A stretch of DNA of 64,000 bases. It comes from Scyliorhinus canicula. Its lineage: Eukaryota. Under the pieces are notes generated by a model. The model was given only the letters and a program-made list of their open reading frames with translations, was not told the DNA's origin and made no database searches. Numbering within the stretch: the first letter of the stretch is position 1; every line of letters begins with the position of its first letter. The stretch covers positions 84,323,411 to 84,387,410 of the forward strand of contig NC_052157.1 in NCBI RefSeq assembly GCF_902713615.1, in the 5' to 3' direction. A program made the position numbers and the translations under genes. Below, in pieces: positions 23,801-35,683 of this stretch.

Positions 23801-24640
23801 AGGTTGATGGACCTGTTTGTGGAGGGGAGGTTCGCGAGCTTGAGGGAGTTAGAGGGGAAGTTTGGGTTCCCCCCGGGAACATGTTTAGGTACATCCAGGT
23901 GAGGGCGTTTGCTAGACAGCAGGTGGAGGGGTTCCCCTTGCTGCCCCACGAGGGTGCGGGATAGGGTGCTCTCGGGGGTGTGGGTCGGAGGAGGGAGGAT
24001 CTCGGATATATACCTGGTAATGCAGGAGGTAGATGAGGCCTCGGTGGAGGAACTGAAGGGGAAGTGGGAAGAGGAGCTGGGGGAGGAGATTGAGGAGGGG
24101 ACGTGGGCGGATGTCCTGGAGAGAGTGAATTCCTCCTCTTCCTGTGCGAGGTTTTGCCTCATACAGTTCAAGGTGCTGCATAGGGCCCACATGACTGGGA
24201 CAAGGATGAGTAGGTTTTTCGGGGGCGAGGACAGGTGTGCTCGGTGCTTGGGGAGCCCAGCGAACCACGCCCATATGTTTTCGGCGTGCCCAGCATTGGG
24301 GGAGTTTTGGAAGGGGGTAGCAAAGACGGTGTCGAGGGTGGTGGGATCCAGGGTCGAGCCAGGCTGGGGACTCGCAATTTTTGGGGTTGCAGTGGAGCCG
24401 GGAGTGCAGGAGGCGCTAGAGGCCGGGGTCCTGGCCTTTGCCTCCCTAGTAGCACGACGGAGGGTCTTGCTCCAATGGAAGGATGCCAAGCGTGCCACGC
24501 TATATCCCAAGCGTGGAGGCCTGGATCTCGGATATGACGGGGTTCATTAAATTGGAGAGGGTGAAATTTGCCCTGAGGGGATCAGTAGAAGGGGTTTTCA
24601 GGCGGTGGAAGACCTTTCTGGACTTCCTGGAGAACGGTAG
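20867..24640 (+). pseudogene. L1 ORF2p (APE endonuclease, RT, C-terminal CCHC), disrupted
   Basis: ITWNVRGLN, MLQETHL, GGDF, SDHAP, YRPILLLN, GTRQGCPLSPLLF, SLYVDN, CARC..HAHMFSAC; split over several frames. Confidence 0.92.
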
Positions 24641-25059
24641 GGAAACAGGCCGACAGCAGCTGCAACCCGGGGGTGGGGGGAGGGGATGGGGGGGGGGGTA
24701 AGGATTGGGGGGAGGGAGAACTGTCCACAAGGGTTTGTGGAGGGTGCTATCTCTCCTTTGTTTGTTTTTTTTCTTTTCTCTTTTTCTTTGTTTTTGTTTC
24801 TTCCTTTTGTTTGAAGTTTCTCTTGAAGCGGGGGGGGGGGGGGGGCATTGTTTATGGGGTGTTACCGCGGTTGTACGTTAATAAAGTTAAGGGCATTTTG
24901 TATTTTGTAAAAATTTCAATAAAAATTATTTATTAAAAAAAACTAAAGGACAAGCACAATTGTAAATACTGGGGGAAATTTAAGTTTAACTCGCTATTTA
25001 GACGTATTTTACGACAAGTTTGATCGAATTCTGACGTACAATAGCTTAGGTGTCTGATT

Positions 25060-26265
25060 CAAACAGTCGGTTATTTGTTTCACAAAATAACAGCAATAAC
25101 CCTAAATTCCCAATTCCCCGCAACCACATTTTCCTCCCTCCTTTATACCCGCCACTGCTAACACTCTAGCTCCACCCCTTTGATTGCTGTCCACGACCGG
25201 ATTCTTTAAGAAAGTGGTGATCGACATCCACAGGGTAAACTTAATATTTTCCAATCGCAGCAATTCTCCCAGGTCACTCAACAATGCCGATACACTGCGT
25301 GGCACCGCCGGCGTCCACCCAAGAAGTACACGTCTCCGATGCACCAATGAGGGAAAGCCTCCCCGGAAACCTCATTGAACTCATGTGAGACTGACACCCC
25401 AAAGTTTGCCACGAGCAGACATGGCTCCAGTTTGAACCCAATGATCTCCGACATGATTTAAACAGAATGAGACCCAGAACCCAACTAACTTGTGAGAAGA
25501 CCTAAACATGTGTAAGTGATTCGTAGCGCTTCTGAATATCGCTCATAGCTGCCCTCAACGCAGAGATGAACACGCGCATTCGGGTCTGGGTTAAACTCAC
25601 CCCATGCACTACTTTAAATTCAAGCCAGCGCAGGAGTAGTTAAAGTTAACTTATGAAGCATTTCACACATATTTCTCCCTCAAGCTTCGGCCCATTCGAA
25701 ATCCCAATTCCACCACACCTCTTCAAGAAATTTCCCCATCTCCAGCATGCAATCATATTTCTCGCACACCTTCCCACTTTCCCAATCTTCGCCACCGTGA
25801 CACAGCATCGGGTATTGTAGCACCAACCCACCTGTTTATCGCCATATCTGCAGGAAAACAATTCTAATTCGAGGCGTCTTTCCCATTCAAACGTAGACGT
25901 AAATTAGTCTATCAACGCAAGCGGAAATACGATTGAGGGAGGGAGATCGAAACACTCTGGGACACGAATACAAGCCTCGTGAAAACGTTCATTTTAACCC
26001 TGTTTACTCGACGAGCCACACTTATTGGGAAGGCATCCCATCTCCTCAGGTCCCCTTTCACCTCTTCCATCAGACTGGACAAGCTCAACTTATGCAACCG
26101 TGTCCAGTTGTGCGCAAGCTGAATCTCTAAATAAGTAAACGTCTTGGCCAGTTTAAAATGCAACCTCTCAAGCACTGTCCTCTATCCAGTGAATTTATCG
26201 GGGACATCTTGCTTTGGTTCATATTCAATCTATACCTTGAAGATGATCCATTGATTAATGCGATG
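25060..26265 (-). mobile_element. Old L1 ORF2 C-terminal fragment
   Basis: FTYLEIQLAHNWTRLHKLSL..LRRWDAFPISVARRV..KMNVFTR; RRRVLLGW..LRLENIKFTL. Confidence 0.8.
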
Positions 26266-26269
26266 AATA

Positions 26270-27560
26270 ATGCCTAACTAATTTAGTGGAATTTTTTGAG
26301 GACATTACCAGTGCAGTAGATAACGGGGAGCCGATGGATGTGGTATATCTGGATTTCCAGAAAGCCTTTGACAAGGTGCCACACAAAAGGTTGCTGCATA
26401 AGATAAAGATGCATGGCATTAAGGGTAAAGTAGTAGCATGGATAGAGGATTGGTTAATTAATAGAAAGCAAAGAGTTGGGATAAATGGGTGTTTCTCTGG
26501 TTGGCAATCAGTAGCTAGTGGTGTCCCTCAGGGATCCGTGTTGGGCCCACAATTGTTCACAATTTACATTAATGATTTGGAGTTGGGGACCAAGGGCAAT
26601 GTGTCCAAGTTTGCAGATGACACTAAGATGAGTGGTAAAGCGAAAAGTGCAGAGGATACTGGAAGTCTGCAGAGGGATTTGGATAGGTTAAGTGAATGGG
26701 CTCGGGTCTGGCAGATGGAATCCAATGTTGACAAATGTGAGGTTATCCATTTTGGTAGGAATAACAGCAAACGGGATTATTATTTAAACGATAAAATATT
26801 AAAGCATGCCGCTGTTCAGAGAAACTTGGGTGTGCTAGTGCATGAGTCACAGAAGGTTGGTTTACAAGTGCAACAGGTGATTCAGAAGGCAAATGGAATT
26901 TTGTCCTTCATTGCTAGAGGGATGGAGTTTAAGACTAGGGAGGTTATGTTGCAATTGTATAAGGTGTTAGTGCGGCCACACCTGGAGTATTGTGTTCAGT
27001 TTTGGTCTCCTTACTTGAGAAAGGACGTACTGGCGCTGGAGGGTGTGCAGAGGAGATTCACTAGGTTAATCCCAGAGCTGAAGGGGTTGGATTATGAGGA
27101 GAGGTTGAGTAGACTGGGACTGTACTCGTTGGAATTTAGAAGGATGAGGGGGGATCTTATAGAAACATATAAAATTAGGAATGGAATAGATAGGATAGAT
27201 GCGGGCAGGTTGTTTCCACTGGCGGGTGACAGCAGAACTAGGGGGCATAGCCTCAAAATAAGGGGAAGTAGATTTAGAACTGAGTTTAGGAGGAACTTTT
27301 TCACCCAAAGGGTTGTGAATCTATGGAATTCCTTGCCCAGTGAAGCAGTTGAGGCTCCTTCATTACATGTTTTTAAGGTAAAGATAGATAGTTTTTTGAA
27401 GAATAAAGGGATTAAGGGTTATGGGGTTCGGGCCGGAAAGTGGAGCTGAGTCCACAAAAGATCAGCCATGATCTCATTGAATGGCGGAGCAGGCTCGAGG
27501 GGCCAGATGGCCTACTCCTGCTCCTAGTTCTTATGTTCTTATGTTCTTATGTTCTTATGT
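26270..27560 (+). mobile_element. CR1 family A, 5'-truncated, young (387-codon open RT fragment)
   Basis: ORF 26286-27449 with [29 protein letters not shown]; (TTCTTATG)4 tail. Confidence 0.96.
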
Positions 27561-28799
27561 TTCATGTTCATGATTCATATGGGAGAATCTCAATTAGATA
27601 GGATTAAATCTATTTTTAAGGAAGTTCCAGATGTATTTTTGGAATTCACCCCAGATTCAGCCTTGATCGACGATGCACTTGTTCAGTGATCATGGTCCTT
27701 CACGAATCGAATTAAATTTTCTCCAAACATATAATTGCGAATCGTTTATGTTGTGGCTGTCAATGCCAACACATAGCTTGAACATCAAATACACATTTAT
27801 TCCAGGAAAATACATGTACATTTATCTTACACGTATTCAGTTGACTGATTGTTTTTTTCTTCAACTTTGTTGGTATTTAAAAAAAAAACACTCACAGATA
27901 TTGTCTCCTACAGATGTTATTTATTTCCCAAAAATGGAAAACGTTTTGCACACTGCTCCGTTCATATCTTGTTCGCTATCTCGGAGTAGGCGATGGACCT
28001 TCCATGTTAATGTGTAAGAATTGGAACTAAGTACCTTCCTTTGCTACTTTCAAGTCACGCACTGAGAAGCAAAACAATGTACACATGTTGATTATTTTCA
28101 GCATTATACGTAACTATGATAATCAACATAAGATAATGAGGCACAAAATACCTCGTCGGTGACAGGCACAAAGAAGGAACAATATCATCAATGCCGAGTG
28201 AATCCCGGTCCTGATTTTTCCCGAAATTCTGCTGGACGCAGCATCAACGCAGGTATTCTCGAAGGTTGGTGTGCAATCTGACACCAGGTAGCAATGCTCG
28301 TGGGGATGAACTGCAGTCGGCCGAGTAACGATGCAGTCTGAAAACGGTGTCCTATCGCCAGAATCTCATTAAAGCTCTCTGGAGAAGTGTCCTTCTGTCA
28401 CCATCACTGTGAAGTCGTGTGTCAATTGACTACCGACAGACGTACTAATTTAAGCAATAACTGACAAGCTCGAGGGCTGAGTAAACAATAATAAAGCGAA
28501 TTAATGAGACAAGAGCAAGTAGTTCGACGTAGAAATTGGACAATTAGACTAATTTATTGTGCAAGGAGTATCTTTGAAGCCTAAGAATGTGGAATTTTGT
28601 CTAGTTGGAGGAAATACGTTTAAGTTTGAGACATGACATGTGAGATCAACCACGTAGAATGTGTGAACTTTCATCTCTGGGGCATCGTGGATGCCTCATA
28701 AATTCTCACATGTACCTCAAGTGCTCACAATAAATAAAGTTCAGCTCTGATTTTCATTGCTCGACCTGCGGCTGATGACGTTGTGATGCATGCAAAAGG

Positions 28800-31700
28800 C
28801 TCGGAGTTAAATTGATAGCAAGATTTTAAAGGAACTAAAATCAGCGCGCAAGGGAACGAAGGGAATAATGATTGTCACGTGGTAGGGCAAGAAAAAGAGG
28901 CAGGTCTGGCATGCGTCCGCTGTGGTTACGCTCTCAAAACCGTTTTATGTATTGGAATCTGAGGACGGCGCCATTTCCTGTAGTGAACTCAGCAAGAACC
29001 AGTTTTTGCTTAAGCAATCAGTTTTTTGTGCAGCGATGGTTGAAAACCTAATGAAGAGCGATACAGTTTGGAGATTCGTTAGTTAGTGGTACGGGCGGCT
29101 TTCAGCTGCCGCAGGCGGTGATACTGGAAATAATATTTCAGCCATTGGTGCAAGCTCAGGGAGGTCCCTAAACGGCTACAGATCATGTTAAATGGCAAAG
29201 GTTATGAGGAGGTACCTTTATTACATGTTGATACCAACGGTATCGGTAGAATGAATCAAAGGTTATCTGAGCGGCAGACCAAAAAACGCAACCTCACAGA
29301 TCGTAATCCATGGCTTGAACAAAAATGGGGCACATGAACTATCTCAAGAGTTTTTCAGGAGTGAAATCTATGGACTCCTGGATCACTGGGATCGATTGGG
29401 AGGGGGTAATGAGTGTAAGTGGGGCAGTCTGAAAATGAAACAGAATGTGACAAATATATTTGCGGGTGGAGTTTGTAATGCTTTGGGAGATAGCTTCAAA
29501 TTATTTAGGCAGAGAGAGTTATATCTTGAGCGACTCAGCAAACGAAAATAAAGGAACCTTAACTGAGTCGAGCATAGTTGAGTTCGAGCGGAGTATGGCG
29601 AGGCTGGTTGGCATCGACTGTGGTGTTCGGAGAATTAAAGATGCACCTGATGAATTTAGGGAGTACATTGACACCCGAAATTGATATATTGTTGCCAGTA
29701 CTGTGATTCATTAGAGAGATCAGCCGAGCTGGCAGCATATCAACTTTAGTTAGAACATAGAACATGGAACGATACAGCGCAGTACAGGCTGTTCGGCCCA
29801 CGATGTTGCACCGACATGGGAAGTCAAAAACTAAAGGCCATCTAACATATACTATGCCATTATCATCCATATGCTTATCCAATAAACTTTTAAATGCCCT
29901 CAATGTTGGCGAGTTCACTACTGTTGCGGGCAGGGCATTCCACGGCCTCACCACTCTGCGTAAAAATCCTACCTCTGACCTCTGTCCTATATCTATTACC
30001 CCTCAATTTGAGGCTATGTCCCCTCGTGCGAGCCACCTCCATCCGCGGGAGAAGGCTCTCACTGTCCACCCTCTCTAGACCTCTGATCATTTTGTATGCC
30101 TCTATTAAGTCACCTCTTAACCAACATGACGTCCATCAGCCTTTCCTCATAAGATTTTCAGTCCATACCAGGCAACATCCTGGTAAATCTCCTCTGCACC
30201 CGTTCTAAAGCTTCCACGTCCTTCCTATAATAAGGCGACCAGAACTGTACGCAATACTCCAAATGGGGCCGTACCAGAGTTTTGTACAGCTGCAACATGA
30301 CCTCAGGGCTCCGGAACTCAATCCCTCTACGAATAAAGGCCAACACACCATAGGCCTTCTTCACAACCCTATCAACCTGGGTGGCAACTTTCGGCGATCT
30401 ATGTACATGGAGACAGAGATCCCTCTGCTCATCCACACTACCAAGAATTTTACCATGAGCCAAATATTCCGCATTCCTGATATTCTTTCCAAAGTGAATC
30501 ACCTCACACTTCTCTACATTAAACTCCATTTGCCACCTCTCAGCCCAGCTCTGCAGCTTATCTATGTACCCCTGTAACCTGCAACAGCCTTCCACACTGT
30601 CTCCAACTCCACCGACTTTAGTGTCGTCTGCAAATTTACTCACCCAACCTTCTGTGCCCTCCTCTAGGTCATTTATAAAAATGACAAACAGCAACGGCCC
30701 CAGAACAGATCCTTGTGGTACGCCACTCGTAACTGAACTCCATTTTGAACATTGGCCATCATCCCCCACCCTCTGTCTTCTTTCAACTAGCCAATTTCTG
30801 ATCCATATCTCAAAATCGCCCTCAATCCCCAGCCTCCGTATTTTCTGCAATAGCCGACCGTGGGGAACCTTATCAAACGCTTTACTGAAATCCATATACA
30901 CCACATCAACTGCTCTACCCTCGTCTACCTGTTCAGTCACCTTTTCAAAGAACTCGATAAGGTTTGTGAGGCATGACTTACCCTTCACAAAACCATGCTG
31001 ACTATCCCTAATCATATTATTCCTATCTAGATGATTATAAATCGTATCTGTTATAATCTTCTCCAAGACTTTACCCACAACAGACGTGAGGCTCACCGGC
31101 CTATAGTTACCGGTGTTATCTCTACTCCCCTTCTTGAACAAAGGGAACACATTTTCTATCCTCCAGTCCTGTGACACTATTCCTGTAGCCAATGATGACA
31201 TAAAAATCAAAGCCAAAGGCTCGGCAATCTCTTCCCTGGCTTACCAGCGAATCCTAGCATAAATCCCATCAGGCCCCGGGGACTTATCTATTTTCACCTT
31301 GTCCAGAATGGCCAACACTTCGTCCCTACGCACCTCAATGCCATCTAATCTAATAGCCTGGGTCTCAGCATTCTCCTCCACAACATTATCTTTTTCCTGA
31401 GTGAATACTGACGAAAAGTTTTCATTTAGAATCTCGCTTATCTCCTCAGCCTCAACACACAACTTCCCACCATTGTCCTTGACTGGCCCTACTCTTAACC
31501 TAGTCAATCTTTTATTCCTGACATACCTATAGAAAGCTTTTGGGTTTTCCTTGATCCTACCTGCCAAAGACTTCTCATGTCCCCTCCTTGCTCGTATTAG
31601 CTCTCTCTTTAGATCCTTCCTCGCTTCCTTGTAACTATCAACCGCCCCAACAGAAACTTCACGCCTCATCTTCACATAGGCGTCCATCTTCCTCTTAACA

Positions 31701-34060
31701 AGAAATTCCACTTCTTTGGTAATCCACGGTTCCCTCGCTCTACCCCTTCCTCCCTGCCTGACTGGTACGTACTTATCAAGAACACGCAATAGCTGTCCCT
31801 TCAACAAGCTCCACATATCCAGTGTGCCCAACCCTTGCAGCCTACTTCTCCAACCTACACATCCTAAGTCATGTCTAATGGCATCATAATTGTCCTTCCC
31901 CCAGCTATACCTCTTGCCCTGCGGGGTATACTTATCCCTTTCCATCACTAATGTAAAGGTCACCGAATTGTGGTCACTGTCTCCAAAGTGCTCACCTACC
32001 TCCAGATCTAACGCCTGGCCTGGTTCATTACCCAAAACCAAATCCAATGTGGCCTCGCCTCTTGTTGGCCTGTCAACATATTGTGTCAGGAAACCCTCCT
32101 GCACACATTGTACAAGGAACGACCCATCTAATGTACTCGAACTATATCTTTTCCAGTCACTATTTGGAAAGTTAAAGACTCCCATAACAACTACCCTGTT
32201 ACTTTCGCTCTTTTCCAGAATCATCTTCGCCTTCTTTTCCTCTACATCCCTAGAACTATTAGGTGGCCTATAGAAAACTCCCAACAGGGTGACCTCTCGT
32301 TTCCTGTTTCTAACCTCAGCCCATACTACCTCGGAAGAAGAGACCACATCTAGCATCCTTTCCGCCACCGTAATGCTGTCCTTGACTAGCAGTGCCACAC
32401 CTCCCCCTCTTTTGCCCCCTTCTCTGAACTTACTAAAACACCTAAACCCCGGAACCTGCAATACTCATTCCTGTCCCTGCTCTATCCATGTCTCTGAAAT
32501 GGCCACATCATCGAAATCCCATGTACCAACCCATGCTGCCAGTTCCCCTCCCTTATTTCGTATACTCCGGGCACTGAAGTAGACACACTTCAAACCACCT
32601 ACCTGAACACTGGCACCCTCCTGCGAAGTCAAATCTGTGCTCCTGACCTCGATACTTTCAATCTCCCGTGCCCCAAAACTACAATCCAGGTTCCCATGCC
32701 CCTGCTGAATTAGTTTAACCCCCCCCCCTCCAAAGAGCACTAACAAATCTCCCCCCCAGGATATTGGTGCCCCTCAGGTTCAGATGTAGACCATCCTGTC
32801 TATAGAGGTCCCACCTTCCCCAGAAAGAGCCCCAGTTATCCAGAAATCTAAATCCCTCCCGCCTGCACCATCCCTGTAGCCACGTGCTTAATTGTTCTCT
32901 CTCCCAATTCCTCGTCTCACTATCACGTGGCACGGGCAACAACCCAGAGATAACAACTCTGTTTGTTCTCGCTCTGAGCTTCCATCCTAGCTCCCTAAAG
33001 TTATGGGGTCTTTTGTCCAGAATGGGAGGGTGCGACATTTGAGGGGATGGTGCATTATTTATTACTGAGTCAGTTGCTTAGGAAGGAAAGACGATAGCTT
33101 GGAGGGTATTGAAACGAGGCTGTGTGCATGGAGCTCAGCAAATAAAAGGCAGCATCCCCCTTTTTTGAAAGTATCATACATGCCACAGACCAGTCAATCA
33201 ATAACAGAGGAGATATGTACAGATAGTTCACTGAGCAATGCAAGAATTGGAAGAGTTTAAAATTAGGTACGAGGATGTAAACTTCGCCAACATTAACTGG
33301 CTAGTCACAGTTAAAGGGCAATCGGGGGAGGGATTCTTGAAATGTATTGACGAGACAACACATGTGCTTCCAGTTATCAAGAACCGCGTGAAAGATAAAC
33401 TGGCAAATTACAGACGAGTGAATCTAATGTCAATGGCAAAGAAACTATTCGAGACTGCAGTGAAGCTCAAAATGAATCTCCACTTGGAGATACAACGTTT
33501 GAATCGAGGTGTTCACCATGACTTTCACAGACAGCAGTAAGAAACTGTATTTGATATTTGTGTCGATTATGTTATAGAGTGTACGTATAATGATAGGACA
33601 TTGCCCGTGGATTTCAGCAAGGCCGTTCTCAAGATTCCAAATGGGAGACTGAAAAATAATGTAAAAGTAAAGTGGTGCAGAATAACTTGTCAAGTTGGAT
33701 CACGACATATTTGAGTGGTGGCAGACGGGGTATGGTGGGAGGAAACAATTTATGTGCATGGGTGCCGGCGGCCATTGGCATACTGCAGTGAACAGCGCAA
33801 GTCCTACTATTGTTCGTAGTACAGAAAAATGTGTGTATGGATATGTGCTTGCGCGTGTGTGGGGAGGGGTGGTTCGAAAATTAAATCGTGACTTAAGGTT
33901 GAGAAATACATTTGTTGATTGCAGGAGCATAATGACGGATGAGTCCCATGGACATATCAGTGGCAGACCGAATTTGAACCGATGAAATGCTCTTTTGGCG
34001 GAGTTAAATGACAACTGATGAGTAAAATAATGGGATACAAGCATATGTCTCGGAGTTACC
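28800..34060 (+). mobile_element. Old CR1 (esterase ORF1 plus ORF2 remnants) split by the HER1 at 29751-33000
   Basis: FGDSLVS, LHVDTNGIG (29065-29250); resumes after 33000 with DVNFANINW and ANYRRVNLMS. Confidence 0.6.
29751..33000 (-). mobile_element. HER1-type CR1 LINE, 5'-truncated within ORF1
   Basis: ORFs 32715-33038 (SGNH esterase end, DGLHLN), 31241-32461 (APE), 30158-31216 (RT); (GTTCTAT)n tail. Confidence 0.95.
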
Positions 34061-34065
34061 CTGTT

Positions 34066-34416
34066 GCAGCAGGGTAGCATGGTGGTTAGCATAAATGCTT
34101 CACAGCTCCAGGGTCCCAGGTTCGATTCCTGACTGGGTCACTGTCTGTGTGGAGTCTGCACGTCCTCCCCCTGTGTGCGTGGGTTTCCTTCGGGTGCTCC
34201 GGTTTCCTCCCACAGTCCAAAGATGTGCGGGTTAGGTGGATTGGCCATGCTAAATTGCCCGTAGTGTCCTAATAAAAAAAGTAATGTTAAGGGGGGGTTG
34301 TTGGGTTACGGGTATAGGGTGGATACGTGGGTTTGAGTAGGGTGATCATGGCTCGGCACAACATTGAGGGCCGAAGGGCCTGTTCTGTTCTGTACTGTTC
34401 TATGTTCTATGTTCTA
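34066..34416 (+). mobile_element. HE1-type V-SINE
   Basis: Head, core and HER1 tail present. Confidence 0.92.
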
Positions 34417-34494
34417 AGGCTGCGCAGGCATTCAATCTGCTCGTGGCCGATTCTCCGTGTAATGGTCGTTGCTCGATCAAAGAATCATTGACTT

Positions 34495-34775
34495 TCCAGT
34501 GCAGAAGGAATACATTTGGACCTGAGTTTGCACCTACTTCATACTACACCCCCACGCTATCCTCGTAACACAGTAACCCCACTGAACCCTTTGGACACGA
34601 AAGACAATTCAGCATTGCCAGTCTACCTCACCTTCACTTTTTTGAATAGTGGGAGGAAACCGGAGCTGCCGGAGGAAATACAGGCTGACACGGGAGAAAG
34701 TCCAAACTGCAAACAGACATAAAACCGGTGCCGGAATTGAACCTGGGACGCTGGATCTCTGAGGAAGCAGCGTTA
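34495..34775 (-). mobile_element. Decayed type-B V-SINE
   Basis: CAGTGCAGAAGGA tail and GTGGGAGGAAACCGGAG core. Confidence 0.7.
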
Positions 34776-35683
34776 AACACAGACTCATCGCTCTGCACAC
34801 TCAGAGTTATCTGTAAGCACAAATAGATTACCACTTCGAATAAGACTTTGAGAACTTGTTAGATACGGCTTCGAGTATGTCGTCCACTTTGCGTCCGATG
34901 ACACCCCAAAGCATACGCAACCGTCCTCTTGTTTCGCATTCCATATGGAAACGTCCATCCACAAGCGTCACAGTTGCTACCCTATAACTTAGAACAGCCA
35001 ACACGTTTAATGCATGTTCAAGAATCAAGTTTGGTGAACATGAATTACCCTTTCAAACTTCTTATTCTTTCTACGATACAGTTCATGTATTCTATACATA
35101 TAGTTCATATTTCATATTTTATCATTGGAAATAGATTCACAAATTTTCGCATCGGTGACACCTCCTTTGAAATTGTTAATATGGCATTGATTCAAGTACT
35201 GCACTTCAGTAAAATAACCAACTTCGGGGAAAAGGCTGCAAATCTAATCGAATTGACAGTTAAACGTGGCATTCGCGCGAACGTTGCAGAAATGCAGAAG
35301 CCAGATGTGGCAGGTTGACGTATTAACGTAATGTATTGGAATGCTAACTTGCGAGGTTGTATTTGTTATATGTTATTATGACGGTTTTGTGTTCCGCTGA
35401 TCTTGCAACGGAGTCCAGCTGATGTGCGTTGACTGTAGATGGCCTGGTAGTGGTGAGTCTGATTGGCGGAGGGGGGGGGGGGTGTGGACGGACGGACCGT
35501 GCATTCTGCTGTTAAAGTGCCGGGGAGTGTGGAACCACAGGAGTGCGCAAGCCACTGTCGGTGGGAGTGTATCAACAGGCATCGGCTGAATAGGATCAAA
35601 TTTATTAATTGAACCTTCCACCAAAAATCAATTGGAATCTCACATTTGTTTCGGCAACATTAACTCGAGCGCTTTATCTTTTC

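Larger units (their letters stand above)
19240..24940 (+). mobile_element. Full-length L1-clade LINE, inactivated
   Basis: 17-bp TSD AACTAAAGGACAAGCAC (19223-19239 / 24941-24957), AATAAA plus A-tail, ORF1 and ORF2 motifs. Confidence 0.96.

Noticed and set aside
20738-24730. Long minus-strand Pro/Ser-rich ORFs
   Set aside because: Antisense shadows of the G-rich L1 ORF2; the same applies to ORFs antisense to the CR1 copies.
34929-35318. 129-aa plus-strand ORF as a gene
   Set aside because: No recognisable domain or splice context; it overlaps minus-strand pseudo-exons.
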